From the NCBI GenBank assembly GCA_951406725.2, contig OX597838.1, positions 6,386,001-6,450,000 of the forward strand: 64,000 nt of DNA. The letters are read 5' to 3'. This DNA comes from Octopus vulgaris (Eukaryota). Shown in pieces: positions 13,963-28,279 of the stretch. The translations under genes were made by a program, and so were the position numbers. Each line of letters starts with the position of its first letter. Positions within the stretch are counted from its first letter, which is position 1. The notes beneath the pieces are model-generated. The model did not search any database, was not told the DNA's origin, and was given only the letters and a program-made list of their open reading frames with translations.

Positions 13963-14559
13963 ATATATATATGTATGTATGTATGTATATGTATGTATGC
14001 ATGTATATACAAGTACGATTCAGTTGAACTTGTTACTAAATTTGAGGCATCTCGTTAAGTCGGAATAATGTACACACAATAATATTATGTAGATATCAAT
14101 TCTGGTACCGAAATACCGGCAGAATGATATACCAATGCATACAATTAGACCCAGCTGAGTATAGAATCCGCTCTTGAGTATATTAAATATACATGCCATA
14201 CTGTCCTTCAGAATTCTCAAAGGTCATGTTCCGAGACGGATCAATAAAATATAAATCACTAACTAGTATAGGACAGGTGTGAATTTATCACAACAGCTTC
14301 TAGGGACTCCTTTAATTGATTAATGTGTTCGTTATAGCATTTATAAAGCAATCGTTATATGCAGCTGAAAACATGAACTTTACAATCAAGGACGTTCAAA
14401 ACTGACCATGCATTTTAATAGGCACTGGATTATAAAGTTCACGTATTCATCACAAGAAAACGATATAATTAAAGGATACTTTAGAAACAGATGTTATGAA
14501 TTGACACCTATCCTTCAATTTTTACTCATTTATAATTTATGCATGTATATATGTATATA

Positions 14560-14784
14560 CAGTAATCCCTCGACTACCGTTGGTGTTACGTTTTTAGCCC
14601 ACCGGTGAGAGGGGAAAATCCGAGAAGTAGAAACAGTACTGTGCAGTATATTGTTATTTTTATATATTTTTTTTTAATTTGTATATATTTATGTATTATA
14701 AATGCAAAACAAAAGCACGGCAGAATCGTCGTAAAGTTAAATAATAAACCACAGTAAGTGAACCTACATGGTGAGGGACTATTT
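14560..14784. mobile_element. pogo/Tigger-type MITE
   Basis: TA followed by CAGTAATCCCTCGACTA at the left. Degenerate inverted end GGTGAGGGACTATT at the right. AT-rich non-coding interior. Confidence 0.6.
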
Positions 14785-15255
14785 TGTGTGTGCGTGTGTG
14801 TGTGCATGTGTATTTGTGTGTGTGTGTATGTGTGTGTGTATGCTTATAGGTATGAATGTGATTTCATCATATCTCCATCAACAAAGCACCTTACTCCTAG
14901 TTTAGTATGCCCACCTCCAGATTGAAAGTTAGTGACAAATCAAGTGATATAATGTGCAACAGATTCCTTTTCATGGCTTTTCAACCCCATTGAAATTGCT
15001 TTTCCCACTATGCGTTTGATAACGAATTCTTTTCAATTCTTTGTTCCGTGTCTCATTTTGCACTTACCTGAGTATCAAATTTGTGCATATATTCAAATAC
15101 GTATGTAAAATTATATGCATTCATTTCAACGTCTATATCTATTTATATTTGTATAAGAATGTGTGTTCATCTATCTATATATATCTATCTATCAATCTAT
15201 CTATCTACCTATCTATCTATCTACCAATCTATCTATCTCAATCAGCTCTCTCTCC

Positions 15256-15315
<60 letters not shown>

Positions 15316-15465
15316 TTGGATTTTAGAATATTTGGTTGCAAGCATATGAGTAATGCTTTATATCTTAATACATTTGTATATTGTGTGTACCCATAAGTAT
15401 GTAGATATGTATTTGTGTGTGTAGGAGCGCACGTGTATTTATGTATATTTATGTATATATATATG

Positions 15466-15536
<71 letters not shown>

Positions 15537-16010
15537 TTATATATATATAAATAATATAATTTATACATAATATAATTTCTATAGAAATAGAAATTATAAA
15601 ATTTCAGATAAAAATTTTCATTGAAATAATCGATATCCATAAGAATCAATAAAAATATTTAACAACTATAAAAAAAAACTTAATAATAAATAAATAATAA
15701 TAATAAGAAGAAGAAGAAAAACAATAATTTTTATGAATGTGACACTTTGGTATTCAAATTAGCTAACATTTAACCGGAAGCTTTGATGAAATGAATTTCT
15801 GAAAAAAAAAAAAAATACGAAACATTAACAAAAGACAAAGCTAATATTTTAAACTGTTATTCTGCTGTGCCGGAAGAAATACAATGTAAATAAATGAATT
15901 TCTCGACAGAAAGGAACAATTGAATTTTCAGTGTCTGCATGTGATTATGTACATTTGTAAATAGAACTATATGCATTCGCATACGTATGCATATCGGCCA
16001 TCAGTTGTTC

Positions 16011-16085
<75 letters not shown>

Positions 16086-16344
16086 CTGTGTATGTATGTA
16101 TGTATATATGTATATATGAATATGTGTCTTATATAAGTATATATATATATATATATATATACATATGTTTGTATGCATATGTGTAGTGTGTGTATCTGTG
16201 TGTATGTGTAACATGTACAACGTATATACTTGTCTTTATGTACATGCATTTATAATTTAAACAACCATTTTTCCTGTCTTTGTCAATTCACGTAGGCAAA
16301 TATATATATTTGCGTACGCATATATATATATATATATATATATG

Positions 16345-16403
<59 letters not shown>

Positions 16404-17021
16404 ATTGATGGATTTACGCAAACACACGCGGAAACTCATAGGCACGTACACAGGCACGTACACGCACACACACATATATATATGTGTGTGCGCGTGTGTA
16501 TGTGTACCCTCCTGTGTTTGTATGTCAAATATATGTAGTCGAGTATTGGTCTGCCTACATTTGTGTCATTGCAGTTGTGATTATGCGCAGTTCTGAACAT
16601 ACACAATAATATTCTCACATTTCTACATTCGCATAGGAACAGTTATTGATATTCTGCTTAATTCGTATCTTTACTTACATACTTGGAAATATATTTCTCT
16701 TCTTCGCTCTCTCTCCCGCTTCGTCTCCTCTGTTATATCTTTACCAATATTCCTACATGCTCACGATTATGATAAAATATCTGCCAGTCTCGTGTTCTAG
16801 AAAACGGAGTATCTTAAATATAAAAATTTTCTTTGGAATCTCAACTGTTTAAATCCGAAAATTCTCTACAGCGTTATAAGGTATTCTCTGATAAAATATT
16901 TTACTCACATTCAGAGCATATCACATTTTTCACACAAGAATCATTTATGGCATAAATATATTACTGTCTTTGTAGTAATATTACCAGTTTTCTATTATTT
17001 CTTATGCATGTGAATTTCTTA

Positions 17022-17255
17022 GCTATTTCTTTACTACCCACAAGGGGCTAAACATAGATGGGACAAACATGGACAGACATAGGTATTAAGTCGATAATAT
17101 CGACCCCAGTGCGTAACTGATACTTAATTTATCGACCCCGAAAGGATGAAAGGCAAAGTTGACCTCGGCGGAATTTGAACTCACAACGTAACGGCAGCCG
17201 AAATACTGCTAAGCATTTCGCCCGACGTGCTAACGATTCTGCAAGCTCGCCACCT
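17022..17255 (-). mobile_element. Full-length monomeric SINE group A (A2 tail) with TSD
   Basis: Head, one core and a tail ending AAAGAAATAG. Direct repeat TGAATTTCTTA at 17011-17021 and 17258-17268. Confidence 0.9.
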
Positions 17256-17302
17256 CATGAATTTCTTACCACCATAGTAGTTATGATATAAGGGTCAAAG
17301 TG

Positions 17303-17583
17303 AAAGACCTACTTCGGTCATGAATGACCATCGGCATTTCAGGCATTGTTGTTATGATAGACCAACAAGCGGCCACACATATCAGCTTCCCGCCCCAGGG
17401 AAAGGCAAAGGCCGATACATCTTGGCACCACTGACGCTACAACTCATTTTTACAACTGACTGAACTGGCGCAACGTGAAATAAAGTGTTTTGCTCAAGAA
17501 CACATCACACAGCCCTGTCCGTGAGTCGAACTCACTGCCTCATGGTTGTGAGTCCGACGCTCTAACCACGGAACCATGCGCCT
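17303..17583 (-). mobile_element. tRNA-derived SINE group C
   Basis: Reverse complement reads AGGCGCATGGTTCCGTGGTTAGAGCGTCGGACTCACAACC...GAGTTCGACTC (A/B boxes), then TGTGTTCTTGAGCAAAACACTTTATTTCACGTTGC (V/CORE-like domain). Related fragments near 60080-60120 and 61740-61855. Confidence 0.75.
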
Positions 17584-17784
17584 TTCCATTTATTACATAG
17601 AGATAACTATTTAAGCAATAAAATTTTTAATTGCGTAAAATCATTTCCGTAAACAAATACACATCTATTCTGTAATGAGTCACGTTACGTATTTTAACGA
17701 TATTCGTAAAATACCTATTTTGTTTCATAGAGTAATTGGTCAATGCTGCTTACATTGGTATTTTACAGGCAAAGAAATATTCGA

Positions 17785-17958
17785 TCTTTTACTTGCTTTA
17801 GTCATTCGATAGCGGCCATTCTGGGGCACAAACTTGAAAGTTTGTAGAGAAATAATGCCAACTTAGTAATTGGCATATTTTGTTAAAGCTAGTCCTGTAC
17901 TCTATCGGATGTTAGGCGGAAAGGTTAGTTATATGGACGTAAATAGATCAACATCGAC
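17785..17958 (-). mobile_element. Highly diverged SINE group D, 3' part
   Basis: CTTTTACTTGCTTTAGTCATTCGATAGCGGCCAT resembles the reverse complement of the D tail at 56625-56660. Confidence 0.55.
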
Positions 17959-17978
17959 TAGATAGACGACTAGGTATT

Positions 17979-18109
17979 ACTGATGTAATCTCCAGGGATA
18001 CAGGCATCCAGCAACAGGACCTCCGTAATGCCATGATGGACCGTGAAGTCTGGCGTGGCATGGTAAATTCCATTGTCTCGACCACGGTCGAACAATGATG
18101 ATGATGATG
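17979..18109 (+). mobile_element. 5'-truncated RTE LINE 3' end with (GAT)n tail and TSD
   Basis: Translates DVISRDTGIQQQDLRNAMMDREVWRGMVNSIVSTTVEQ* (RTE-type A.DR..WR motif). Hairpin TCGACC-AC-GGTCGA, then a (TGA)n tail. Direct repeat AGGTATT at 17972-17978 and 18110-18116. Confidence 0.8.
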
Positions 18110-18344
18110 AGGTATTTCAGGTCTGAAAGCTGTTACTAGGGGGCAGGAATTATGTATTAGTTCTAACGCTGGTATATAGAATATACAAAAAGTAAAGGAT
18201 ATGCACCCAGTTGTTGATGTAGATAAAGATTACCGCAAAGAGGGCTTCTGACTTCAGGTTGGATGGGCTGAGGGAGCGAAAGAGTTGAGATAGTCAACGA
18301 GATGCCGATAAAAAGATTTATTCATACAATCAATGCATAGACAT

Positions 18345-18376
<32 letters not shown>

Positions 18377-18971
18377 CTATGTTTTCTACGTACGATATAT
18401 GAAATAAAGAAATCATTTTTCTTACTACAACATTGTTTTGTATAAATAATAAGATATTGTTTTTAAGCTTTGTTGCATATAAACAAATACTTATTATCAT
18501 AGTTATTAACATTACATACTGTTTTGTTCAACTGTCTTCTTCGCTTTCCATTGTTCATAATGCTTTTGTTGTGTTTTTCGTTAAACGTCTTTGGAATTAT
18601 TAATTTTTGTCGTATTATTGATGTTGTTGTGTTTTTCTTTTTACCTAGCTTTTTGACTTTTCGTTTCTTACTGTCTGTAACTCGGCTGTTAATTAATCAT
18701 AGAGTTCTTCTGATTTCGTTCGTCGTAATATTGATCATTATGTTGATGAGGATGTTAACATTGATTATCATGTTGATAGCGATGATGATGATGATGATGA
18801 TGATGATGATAAACACGTTGAATTTGTCGACGATGACGACTACGGAGACGACGACAATGGCCGCGGCTATAACGGCGGCAATGATTAGGAAGACGATGAC
18901 AGCAGCGAGAGCGATAATATTGGCGGTGCTTGTAATGGTGTTGTTGTTGGTGTTCTTGTAGCTGTTGTTGT

Positions 18972-19344
18972 TGTTTGTTTGCTTGTTTGTTTGTTGAGCG
19001 GGGCGGTTTTCGTCGGTAGTGGGAGAAGTCCGAAACGTGGTCCTTTTGCTATTCGTAAGACCCGCAGAAGAGAAAGCAGGTCAACCCCCGACACCTAGAG
19101 CATCGACGGATGAATGAATGCGCATCCAGGCTCAGCTGTGGTTGCGTAGGAAGTCGGGGACAAGAAACAGGAAGAAAGAGTGAGAGAAAGAGTACAAGAG
19201 GGGTCGCCACCACCCCCTGCCGGAGCCGCGTGGAGCTTTAGGTGATTTCGCTCAATAAACACACACAACGCCCGGTCTGGGAATCGAAACCGCGATCCTC
19301 TGACCGCGAGTCCGCTGCCCTAACCACTGGGCCATTGCGCCTCC
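18972..19344 (-). mobile_element. SINE group B, tail type B3
   Basis: Group-B head. Body aligns with 62105-62481. Tail runs into (CAAA)n/(CAA)n. Confidence 0.88.
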
Positions 19345-20821
19345 ACTTGTTGCTGCTGCAGTTCTGATTTATTTCTAGAAATGAGTTCCTTTTTGCAATG
19401 TTGGTGGTGTTTGGAGAAGGTGGTGCTGTTCATAGCTTCAATGAGGTTTACACTTATGTCTCTAGTTGTTGTTGTAGGTGTTGTTGGTGGTGGTGGAGGT
19501 GGTAGTGACGATTGATGATGCTTACGATGCTCCATGTATTTCTTAAAATTATGAAGCGCTTGAACGTTTGAAAATACAATTTTTTTACTTCTCTGTTACT
19601 GTTCCGTGTTGTGTATCTTCTAAATTCTAAAGATTCTTATCAAGTAGACCTACTCCTAAACACATACCACCAATAATTATACCATCTATTTTTCAGGTAT
19701 ATTGGATATCAAGCATTTTATTCTATATAATATTACGTTATACAATATTGCTCTTTATCCAACATGGCGTGTTGGTGGAATGAGATACGGCGTATATGTC
19801 TATTAAAACCATCAATCTCCTACGCACTACTACAGCGACTATAATTCTTATAAGTGACGCTGCCGAGGAAAACTCTCACTATTTGTATTGTGTTGATTTT
19901 CCGTTGTTTTACCATTCTATACTAGCAAACAAAAGAGTTCTTAGTTTCTTTGTTAATTTTCTGTATCGCGTTCTTGTTTATAATCTAAGTTTCGTTGTGG
20001 TTGTTGACAGATTTCTTAAACATAATTTCATTACAAGTGTCTTGAGTTCTGCTTTTTTTTTTTAATTTCTTTCTTAGTTGAAATAGAATTGAAATTTTTC
20101 CCAATGAATAATGAACAAATCTATTGAAATTCTGCTGTTCTATATACAATATTTGACATCAGCAAAGAAGAACAACGCCAATATCATCAGTATCAGAACT
20201 AGTTTCAGAATATTATATACAAAATACTGGCAATAAAACAATAGAAAAGAAACAACAGTGTTAAGTTTGTTGCGCTTTTTCTATTATACAATTGTAATTT
20301 TCTAAGTATCTCGTTTCATTTTTTTTAGAATCGTGTGTTTTATAAAGTTTACTGAAGCATATACAAATTGCACATGGCGTAAGAGACAAAACTGTTATTT
20401 TTATCGTTTTTACTACTATTATGTTTGTCCCCACTTATAAAGCATGCCAAATGAGATTTTTTTTTTTAATTGAGTTTCAATACAGCGTGTTTAATATCTC
20501 TAAAGAATGATAACCGATATAAATATTGTTTGCTTGATTGCTTGGTCGGTTGGTTGGTTGATTCTCCAGTCATGCTTATAGAGAAGAACAGAGGGAGTGA
20601 GTGAAAGAGAGAGTGAGAGAGAGAGAGAGAGAGAGAGAAATGAAGAGGCAGTTAACATAAAAGGAATAAGATGAGGGCCCTTATTAAGCTTGCATTGAGT
20701 AAATGAACGCAACACTTAGATGCTCACTCGCACACACACACCCATATGCATACACACACATACTTACACAAGCAACACATACGCATGTTTACTGTGGCAG
20801 ACAAATTCATGGAGTGGGAGA

Positions 20822-21060
20822 GGAGACGCATACATAGCAATGGCCTAGTGGTTAGGGCAGCGGACTCGCGGTCGCAGGATCGCGGTTTCGATTCTCAGAC
20901 CGGGCGTTGTGTGTGTTTATTGAGCGAAAACACCTAAAAGCTCTACGAGGCTCCGGCAGGGGGTGGTGATCCCTGCTGTACTCTTTCACCACAATGGCGG
21001 TGCCCCAGCATGGCCACAGCTCAAGAGCTGAAACTGGAAAAACAAAACAAAAACAAAACA

Positions 21061-21063
<3 letters not shown>
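20822..21063 (+). mobile_element. Chimeric SINE: group-B head/core joined to a group-D-like 3' tail
   Basis: B sequence runs to CTCTTTCACCACAA (20994). Then GGCGGTGCCCCAGCATGGCCACAGCTCAAGAGCTGAAAC, resembling the D tail at 56618-56653, and an A-rich end. Confidence 0.7.
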
Positions 21064-21109
<46 letters not shown>

Positions 21110-21578
21110 AAGAGAGAGAACGTGAGAGGGGGATGGGATGAGAAGGAGAGAGACAAAGAAACCGAAGATGGGTAGAAGTCCAATGTAAAAATTCAACACC
21201 GGAGTAATTCTGTTTTGAATTATTTTTTTGTTAAAATTTGAAATATTGTTTTACGTAATTACATTGTACGGAACGAGATATTTTTTTTTCTCTTTTGGAA
21301 ATTAGAATTTATATAATTATTTTCTATAAGCACCGAGAAATTTAATTAAATATAACTTATAATTACTGTATGTATGTCATGTATGCAGCATTATTACCAA
21401 TGAAGACATATGACTTCTTTCAACTATAATTATCATACGACCAGTCAAGTACATACCAAGGCGTGCGTGTGTGTATATGTCTATGTATAAACGTGTATAA
21501 ATACATACATTGATATATATATATATGTGTATATATGTATATATATATAGAGAGATATATACATACATATATATATGC

Positions 21579-21620
<42 letters not shown>

Positions 21621-21640
21621 CTATGTATATATGTATGTAA

Positions 21641-21671
<31 letters not shown>

Positions 21672-21693
21672 GATATATGTATATATATATATA

Positions 21694-21759
<66 letters not shown>

Positions 21760-21873
21760 CATACATACATACATACATACATACATACATACATACATAC
21801 ATACATACGTACACACACACACACACACATACACACACATACACACATACACACACAAGCACACACACACACA

Positions 21874-22148
21874 CGCGGTCGTAGGATCGCGGTTTAGATT
21901 TCCAGACCGGGCGTTGTGAGTGTTTATTGAGCGAAAACACCTAAAGCTCCACGAGGCTCCGCCAGGGGGTGGTGGCGCCCCTCGCTGTACTCTTTCGCCA
22001 CAACTCTCTCTCACACTTTCTTCTGTTCGCCTGCTGGCTTAGCCAGCGGCGTGGCGTCATTTGAAGGCTAAAACGAGGCGAAGCGCATTGTGACCAGCGA
22101 TGTGTAGCAAAATCTGATAGCCTGGTCGGTCACGGTGATCACCGTGAT
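21874..22148 (+). mobile_element. 5'-truncated SINE group B, tail type B2
   Basis: Aligns with 2270-2520. Ends CACGGTGATCACCGTG (palindrome) followed by ATAT. Confidence 0.85.
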
Positions 22149-25100
22149 ATATACATACATATGCACGTATTCATTTAACCTTGCTTAGAAATTGTTCTAT
22201 GAGGAAATTTCCGACAGCTTTAAAATATTTTGAAAGCGTGTACCTTATATATTTAAAAATGTATTAAATGTATCTTCCGGTGTCGTCCATTGTACAGGTA
22301 TTCATGTCAGTAGCACTAGGAGTGCAGGAGTGAATTCCTTTATTCTTCCACACTCGAAGGCAGCAAAGAAAAAAGTAATTAACATTTGCAAACACTCCTG
22401 GATTCTATCACTAATTCCATATCTGTTGACTGTCTTCTCGAATGCTCTACACATTTTCTTGGCTACTTCGCTTCCGAAGACTTTCTAAAGAATACCTATT
22501 ATTACATCAGGCATTCTTGAAATTTCTCCTGAAAGAAGAAAAGTTCATTTTCGTTTTCCATAGTTTTTTTACTCTTTTGGCTCCATTTCATTTCATCACA
22601 CATTGTCTGTATTTTTTCCTACATTCCAACTTTTCAAATATGTATTTTTACCTAATATGACCAAATTTTTCTCCAAAGTCTATAAAAAAAACACATTAAA
22701 TATAAATACAATATACAAACTATATTTCAAACTTCTTTTTTATCAGGTCGACCTTTTATTATTGCTGTTGTCTTCTCTATCTCGGTTTCAAACTTCATTT
22801 CTATATTTCATTCATTTATTTTTTTCATTATCTATATAGCTTTTATGTTCAATATTCTCTTTCACGAGTTTCGCAAACCATTCTAAGTATTCTTGATAAA
22901 TAGCAGCGCCTGACATCTTTTGACCATAAATATATTATGGCTCGTAATTGCAAATAAGTGATATGTGTATGAACATGTACATACAATCACATGCAGTGAT
23001 TGCCTGTCAGTCCTCACGAACCCAAATGCTCTAGAAAGCCCTCTTCCAACACATACGCTCAGATCTTTGATCAGCAGATGTGCCTCCCAATTTCCTGTAA
23101 CTGTAACACTGTGTCTGATTGTCCCACCAATTAGCTATTCTATGACGGGATCTTGGGTTCTGAACGTCTTGGAATAATGCCGTCGCTAAGTAATTATTGG
23201 GTAGAATTGTAGATCTGCATAAGGATTTCGTCTTCACTAAGATTTAAAAATTCAAATTTTGAAAGAATTTCAAATATATGTGAACTTACAAATGTTTGAT
23301 TTAATCTGATTTAAAGCAATACCATGTTGGTAGGCTACAAATAAATGCTTTATTATTACAGCCCCACTTAACTTTGGGACCCAGGGTCAATTAGATTTCC
23401 GCAGGAGCAAATTTTTAGGCCCGCGTGGAATTTGGCTTTTAAGCTAGTATCAAATAATTTTCAATAGTAACATGGAATAAAGGGTACTTGTAGATAAGTA
23501 TAAATGATACTAGTTTATTAATACTGACAGTGCGAAATACTAGCATGTGTACGATTAAACTAACCGGAAAGCTGCAGGAATTTGAAATACCTACTCAAAA
23601 GTAGTGTGGATTATAAAATATTCCCTACCATCAGCGTCCGGATAAGTCTATAGTATCAGTCTAGATATTTTGGTTATATTCATGCCACTCCTATTTTTCG
23701 CTAAACTTTGCCTTGGTGATTTCCTACTCGACTAATTTATGAGCGATACCATACAAAAGATATTACAAGTACAGCCGTCTTAATGCAATGTTTAATGCTT
23801 CTAAGAAAGTTGTTGAATAGCTGGGATTTCGTTGAATTTTCTACTGAAGTGAGCAATGCTTTTGTCCTTCATGTATATTTTAAATTGTATCATATATTGT
23901 AATGTTTCGTATTGTTGCAATATGATATGTTGTCCTCCACAGGTCAAGCTGGTCCTTCGTTTTAGTAATTATATTGCGTTGGACATGGGCGGGAATCATG
24001 TAAAACTCTAATGGGGTGAAGTATCATGCTTTGTATTATTTTTAGTTGTTTCTGATAACATGAAGGGAAACGGTTGATGGACTTAGGGATGAAGTTTCTC
24101 TTCCATGGCTGACACTCCGTTTTTAAAACTTATTTTATTTATTTACCATGTTTTCTTTATTTACCATGATTTGTACGTGCACTGTGTATTTGGGAATGCG
24201 TTGCAACGATATTCAATAGTAATGTGCATTGTGATGCTATCTGAGCACTTCGCATTTCATGGTTTTCATTCCTTAAATTCTTCCATATGAATTTGGTATT
24301 AAATTGCTAGCTCGAAAAGGGTCGAGAGATTTGAGTTAGATTCGGGATGCTGGACTGGATTATATAAAGTTTCTTTATGATGCCAAGATTATATTTCCGA
24401 ATCCCATTTATGATTCAAAGATCGACAATTCTATATTCAATTTACTTCCGTTATCTCGTGCTTACTCCGGAAGTAATTTCGATAATGCAATGTTACATAA
24501 TATAGAACTTTGCCTGAACGAGCTGTTTTCCTGATCGAGTAATGTTTTCAAACGGATATACCATAAAAGATGTGTAGCTGGTATTATATTCTTTAGGAGG
24601 CACTTCCCTTTAAGGGACTGGATTCTTTATTACGATAGTTGCATATCTGGTCAATAGCATCAGCATTTGATCATGTGATTCTTGCATTGTATTAGTTTCT
24701 GTTTCTGCAAACGTATAACATGTGACTGAATTTCGGATTTATGATCTTTCTTTTAAACAGCTGATTGAACACTTTGCTATTATGGAAGTGTTTATCGATC
24801 TCAGAGAGAAACCTTTAGATATATGTTAAATAAGATATATAAAAAAAATAGATAAAATATACAGCAGTATACTGAATGGATACCGGTGTCTTAATATAGA
24901 TCTGTGCATCATAAAAAAGTGGAAAAACTAATCTCAGATGAGGCAAATGCCAGAAAGAGCTCTAAAATACAGTGGTTTATTACACAACTGCATCTCTTTT
25001 ATTATTGGAGTGAATTTAGTTTCGCAACTCGTGTTTGGCATTGTAAATTACAGTTATTAGAAGGCAGTATGAATCATGAACATCGCTGCCAATCCATTGT

Positions 25101-25850
25101 TATAGCTACATTGTCTATATTGTGCAAAATTTTCAATCACCAGATCTTATTGGAGTTAACTTGTTCCTTTTGTGTTATTTCCTTTTTAATATTTGAACCT
25201 ATCCCTTATATATAGTCAGTATCTGTCTACTGGTAGCAAAGATAGCGTTGCTATGTACGTGCTACATATGTGAGACCCTATTCACATTCGTCTTTAGTAT
25301 GTATGCTACTTACCTACAATATATTCACATGCCTTACATGTATTGTTTATACTCATCAGAATTGCTCTTACCATCCATCTACCACCATGGGTGTATACAC
25401 ACATACACATGCAAGCATAAACACTCACGAGCATAAACACACACACATATATGCACATAGATATTTTAGTATGCTGTATTGTGTTATATTATGTGTTATA
25501 ATGTTTAGGAAGAATCGTAATTGATACAACCAAATAAGCAAATGCAGGCTTTGTTTGCTTGGATATATTTCATTCTTCATTTTTATTCGAAAGCAAGAGA
25601 TGAATGAAATATATACAAGCAACAACTGGTAAATGAATTTGTTAGATTCCAGTTATAACACTTCCGGAATGATACAACAATGACTATAGCCACTCACATT
25701 TACATAAAAATTCTTGCATAACCCCTTCAAAATTGCTACTTTATATATATAACAGGGGCAAAATTGATTTTATATTTAAGTAAAAAAAAATTATTAAAAT
25801 TGCTGGTTTTAATTAAAATTTGAAATTAGTACTTATTATTTACATCTTAG

Positions 25851-26030
25851 GGCGGCATACTGAGTGACCCGTTAGCATGCCGGAGAAAATACTTAACGGC
25901 ATTTGTTCCGTCTTTATGTTATAGTTTCAAATTTGGCCGAAGTCGACATTGCATTTCAACCATTCTTGGTCGATGGAATAAGTGCCAAGTAAGCAGTGTT
26001 ATTGATGTAACCGACTACTCTTCCCTTGAG
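25851..26030 (+). mobile_element. Diverged SINE group A
   Basis: GCGGC head, TTTCAAATT B-box remnant and GTCGAC..TTGCATTTCAACC core remnant. Confidence 0.6.
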
Positions 26031-26237
26031 TTTGTAGCAGACAAAAGTTTTACCCTGTTGGTGTTTTGACACCTTGGATATAATTTCTGGTTCTTTGGGC
26101 TCTGTTTTCAAATTACTCCGGAGTCATACTTTGTGAGTCAATATGATAAGTATCATTTGGACGCTAGTGCCAGTGTAATAGACACCAATCCTTTCTTAGA
26201 AATAGTGGTCAGAATTATAATCGGAAACCGCTATTTA

Positions 26238-26623
26238 TCTCTCTCTATATAAACGGTAGTTTGTCTGTGCGTGTTTCTGTGTGTCTGTTTTCTCGTACCC
26301 TCACTCTGACCACGGTTTTCAACCGATTCTTATGAAACTTAACACACACATAGCGCAATGTCATAATTCAAAACTAACGCAGCTAAAATTTTGAAAAGTT
26401 CCCCCAGTTCTGAAAAAAAATCGATAAATTCGACATGGGGTCGAGAATCAGAAACACAAACCACAGACTGTCTAGGGGACGCAACTCAACATTTTTAACT
26501 CTCAAAAAAAAATTTATCATAATTTTTTTCCCATTTTTTTTCTATTTTTTGGCTATAACTCTCTAAAAATGCTTTATAGTTATTTCCCTTACAAACCCGA
26601 GCAACGTCGGGCGATACTGCTTG
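26238..26623 (+). mobile_element. Non-autonomous Helitron
   Basis: Begins A|TCTCTCTCTATATAAAC. Subterminal GC hairpin CCCGA-GCAACG-TCGGG at 26596-26611, followed 8 bp later by CTTG|T (variant of CTAG). No TSD. Confidence 0.7.
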
Positions 26624-26634
26624 TCATTTATAAA

Positions 26635-27030
26635 GCAGCGAGCTAGAAGAAGCATCAGCACTCCGGTTAAAATGCTTAGTGGCATTTCGTATGTCTTTAC
26701 GTTCTGGGTTCAAAATCCACCAAGGTCGACTTTGCTTTTTTATCCTTTCGGGACCAATAAATTAAGTACTTGTCATTTACTTTCTCTCAAATTCCAGGTC
26801 TCGTGCCTGTAGTAGAAAGGATTACTTAATTGTATTTCAGGGCGGCACGCCTGTAAATTTATTAGCAGGCCGAAAAAAAAAATAGCTAGTGGCACTACTT
26901 ATAGCTTTGCTTTTAAGGGCGACACTTGTTTTATGCTCTTCGAAACGGTGAAGTAAGTACCATTTGGACAGTGATCTCGATGGAATTCCGTTTCCCCTGA
27001 CATCGGATTTACTGGCTTTGTGACAAAAAT
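26635..27030 (+). mobile_element. Two adjacent diverged SINE group A copies
   Basis: 26635-26822 shows head, GGTTCAAAATCC, core and A1 tail. 26840-27030 is a fainter second copy. Confidence 0.6.
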
Positions 27031-27647
27031 CCTAAAAATATTACTAATTTAATTACCAATTTACGGCACAATTTTCAACGAGTGTCAAATACTGTACCCT
27101 TTCAGTTCTACTTTTAATCAAGCAATTCCTAAGAAAATAACACATATTTTAGATACGTTATCAATATTTTAAATACATCTTTATACTGATACACCTACTA
27201 CTTCAACCATATTTTCGAACAGCTTCAATTAGCAGTTTGCAAGTCACATTTTACTGCTACTGTGAGGGTATTTTACAAGAAGCTGTTCTTTTATTAAGTT
27301 TGAAAGAAGTTAATAGTTATTCAGAGCTAACGACTGTTACGTGTGCTAACAAGGGAGTTAATATTTGAACTAATACATATATATATTTTTTATATATTTA
27401 CTTTAGACTCTGAGACATTTAGTGTTAATATTGTTATCTTTAACCTCCTGATTGATCTTTTAACTGTTATCTTTTACCTCACTGCCACTATTTTATATCA
27501 TATTATCTCTTATCTCTTATCTGGCCATCAATACTTCTTCGACAGAGTTTGTTATCATGGCTTCTTTCAGCTCTTTTATCTTTTCCTACATACGTTTTTA
27601 TAACTCTGTCTTCTTCCTTTTAGATCTATGCTACCGTTAATCATAGA

Positions 27648-27688
<41 letters not shown>

Positions 27689-27876
27689 ATTCACTCTCTA
27701 TCTCTTTCCCTCTCTCTGTTTCTCTACCTTTCTTAAAATATATTTGTCCTTTTCTTGCTTGCAGCCGAAACTTCCAAAAATTATATTTTATTTCATCATT
27801 TATTTATTTGTTTATGAACATTTTTATTGAGTCTTATTTTATCACCGAGAAATACTGCGATGTTCAGGCAACGAAA

Positions 27877-28126
27877 TAGTAGTAGCAGCAGCAGCTGTAG
27901 TAGTAGTAATAGTTGTTGTTGTAGCAGCAGCAGCAGTAGTATTAGTAGTAGTAGTGCAGCTAGTGGTGGCGGTGATGGTGATGGTGGTAGCAGTTGTCTT
28001 GCAGTGGTGGTTGTAGCGGAATAGTTTTGCGTTAGTAGTAGACGTTGTAGTAGTAGTAGTAGTAATAGTTGTAGTAGTAGTAGTGGTGGTAGTGGCAGCA
28101 TCAGCTGTAGTAGTAGTAGTAGCAGC

Positions 28127-28165
<39 letters not shown>

Positions 28166-28236
28166 TGTTGTTGTAGTGCAGGTAGTGGTGGCGGTGATGT
28201 TGATGGTGGTAGCGGAATAGTAATGCGATAGTAGTA

Positions 28237-28279
<43 letters not shown>

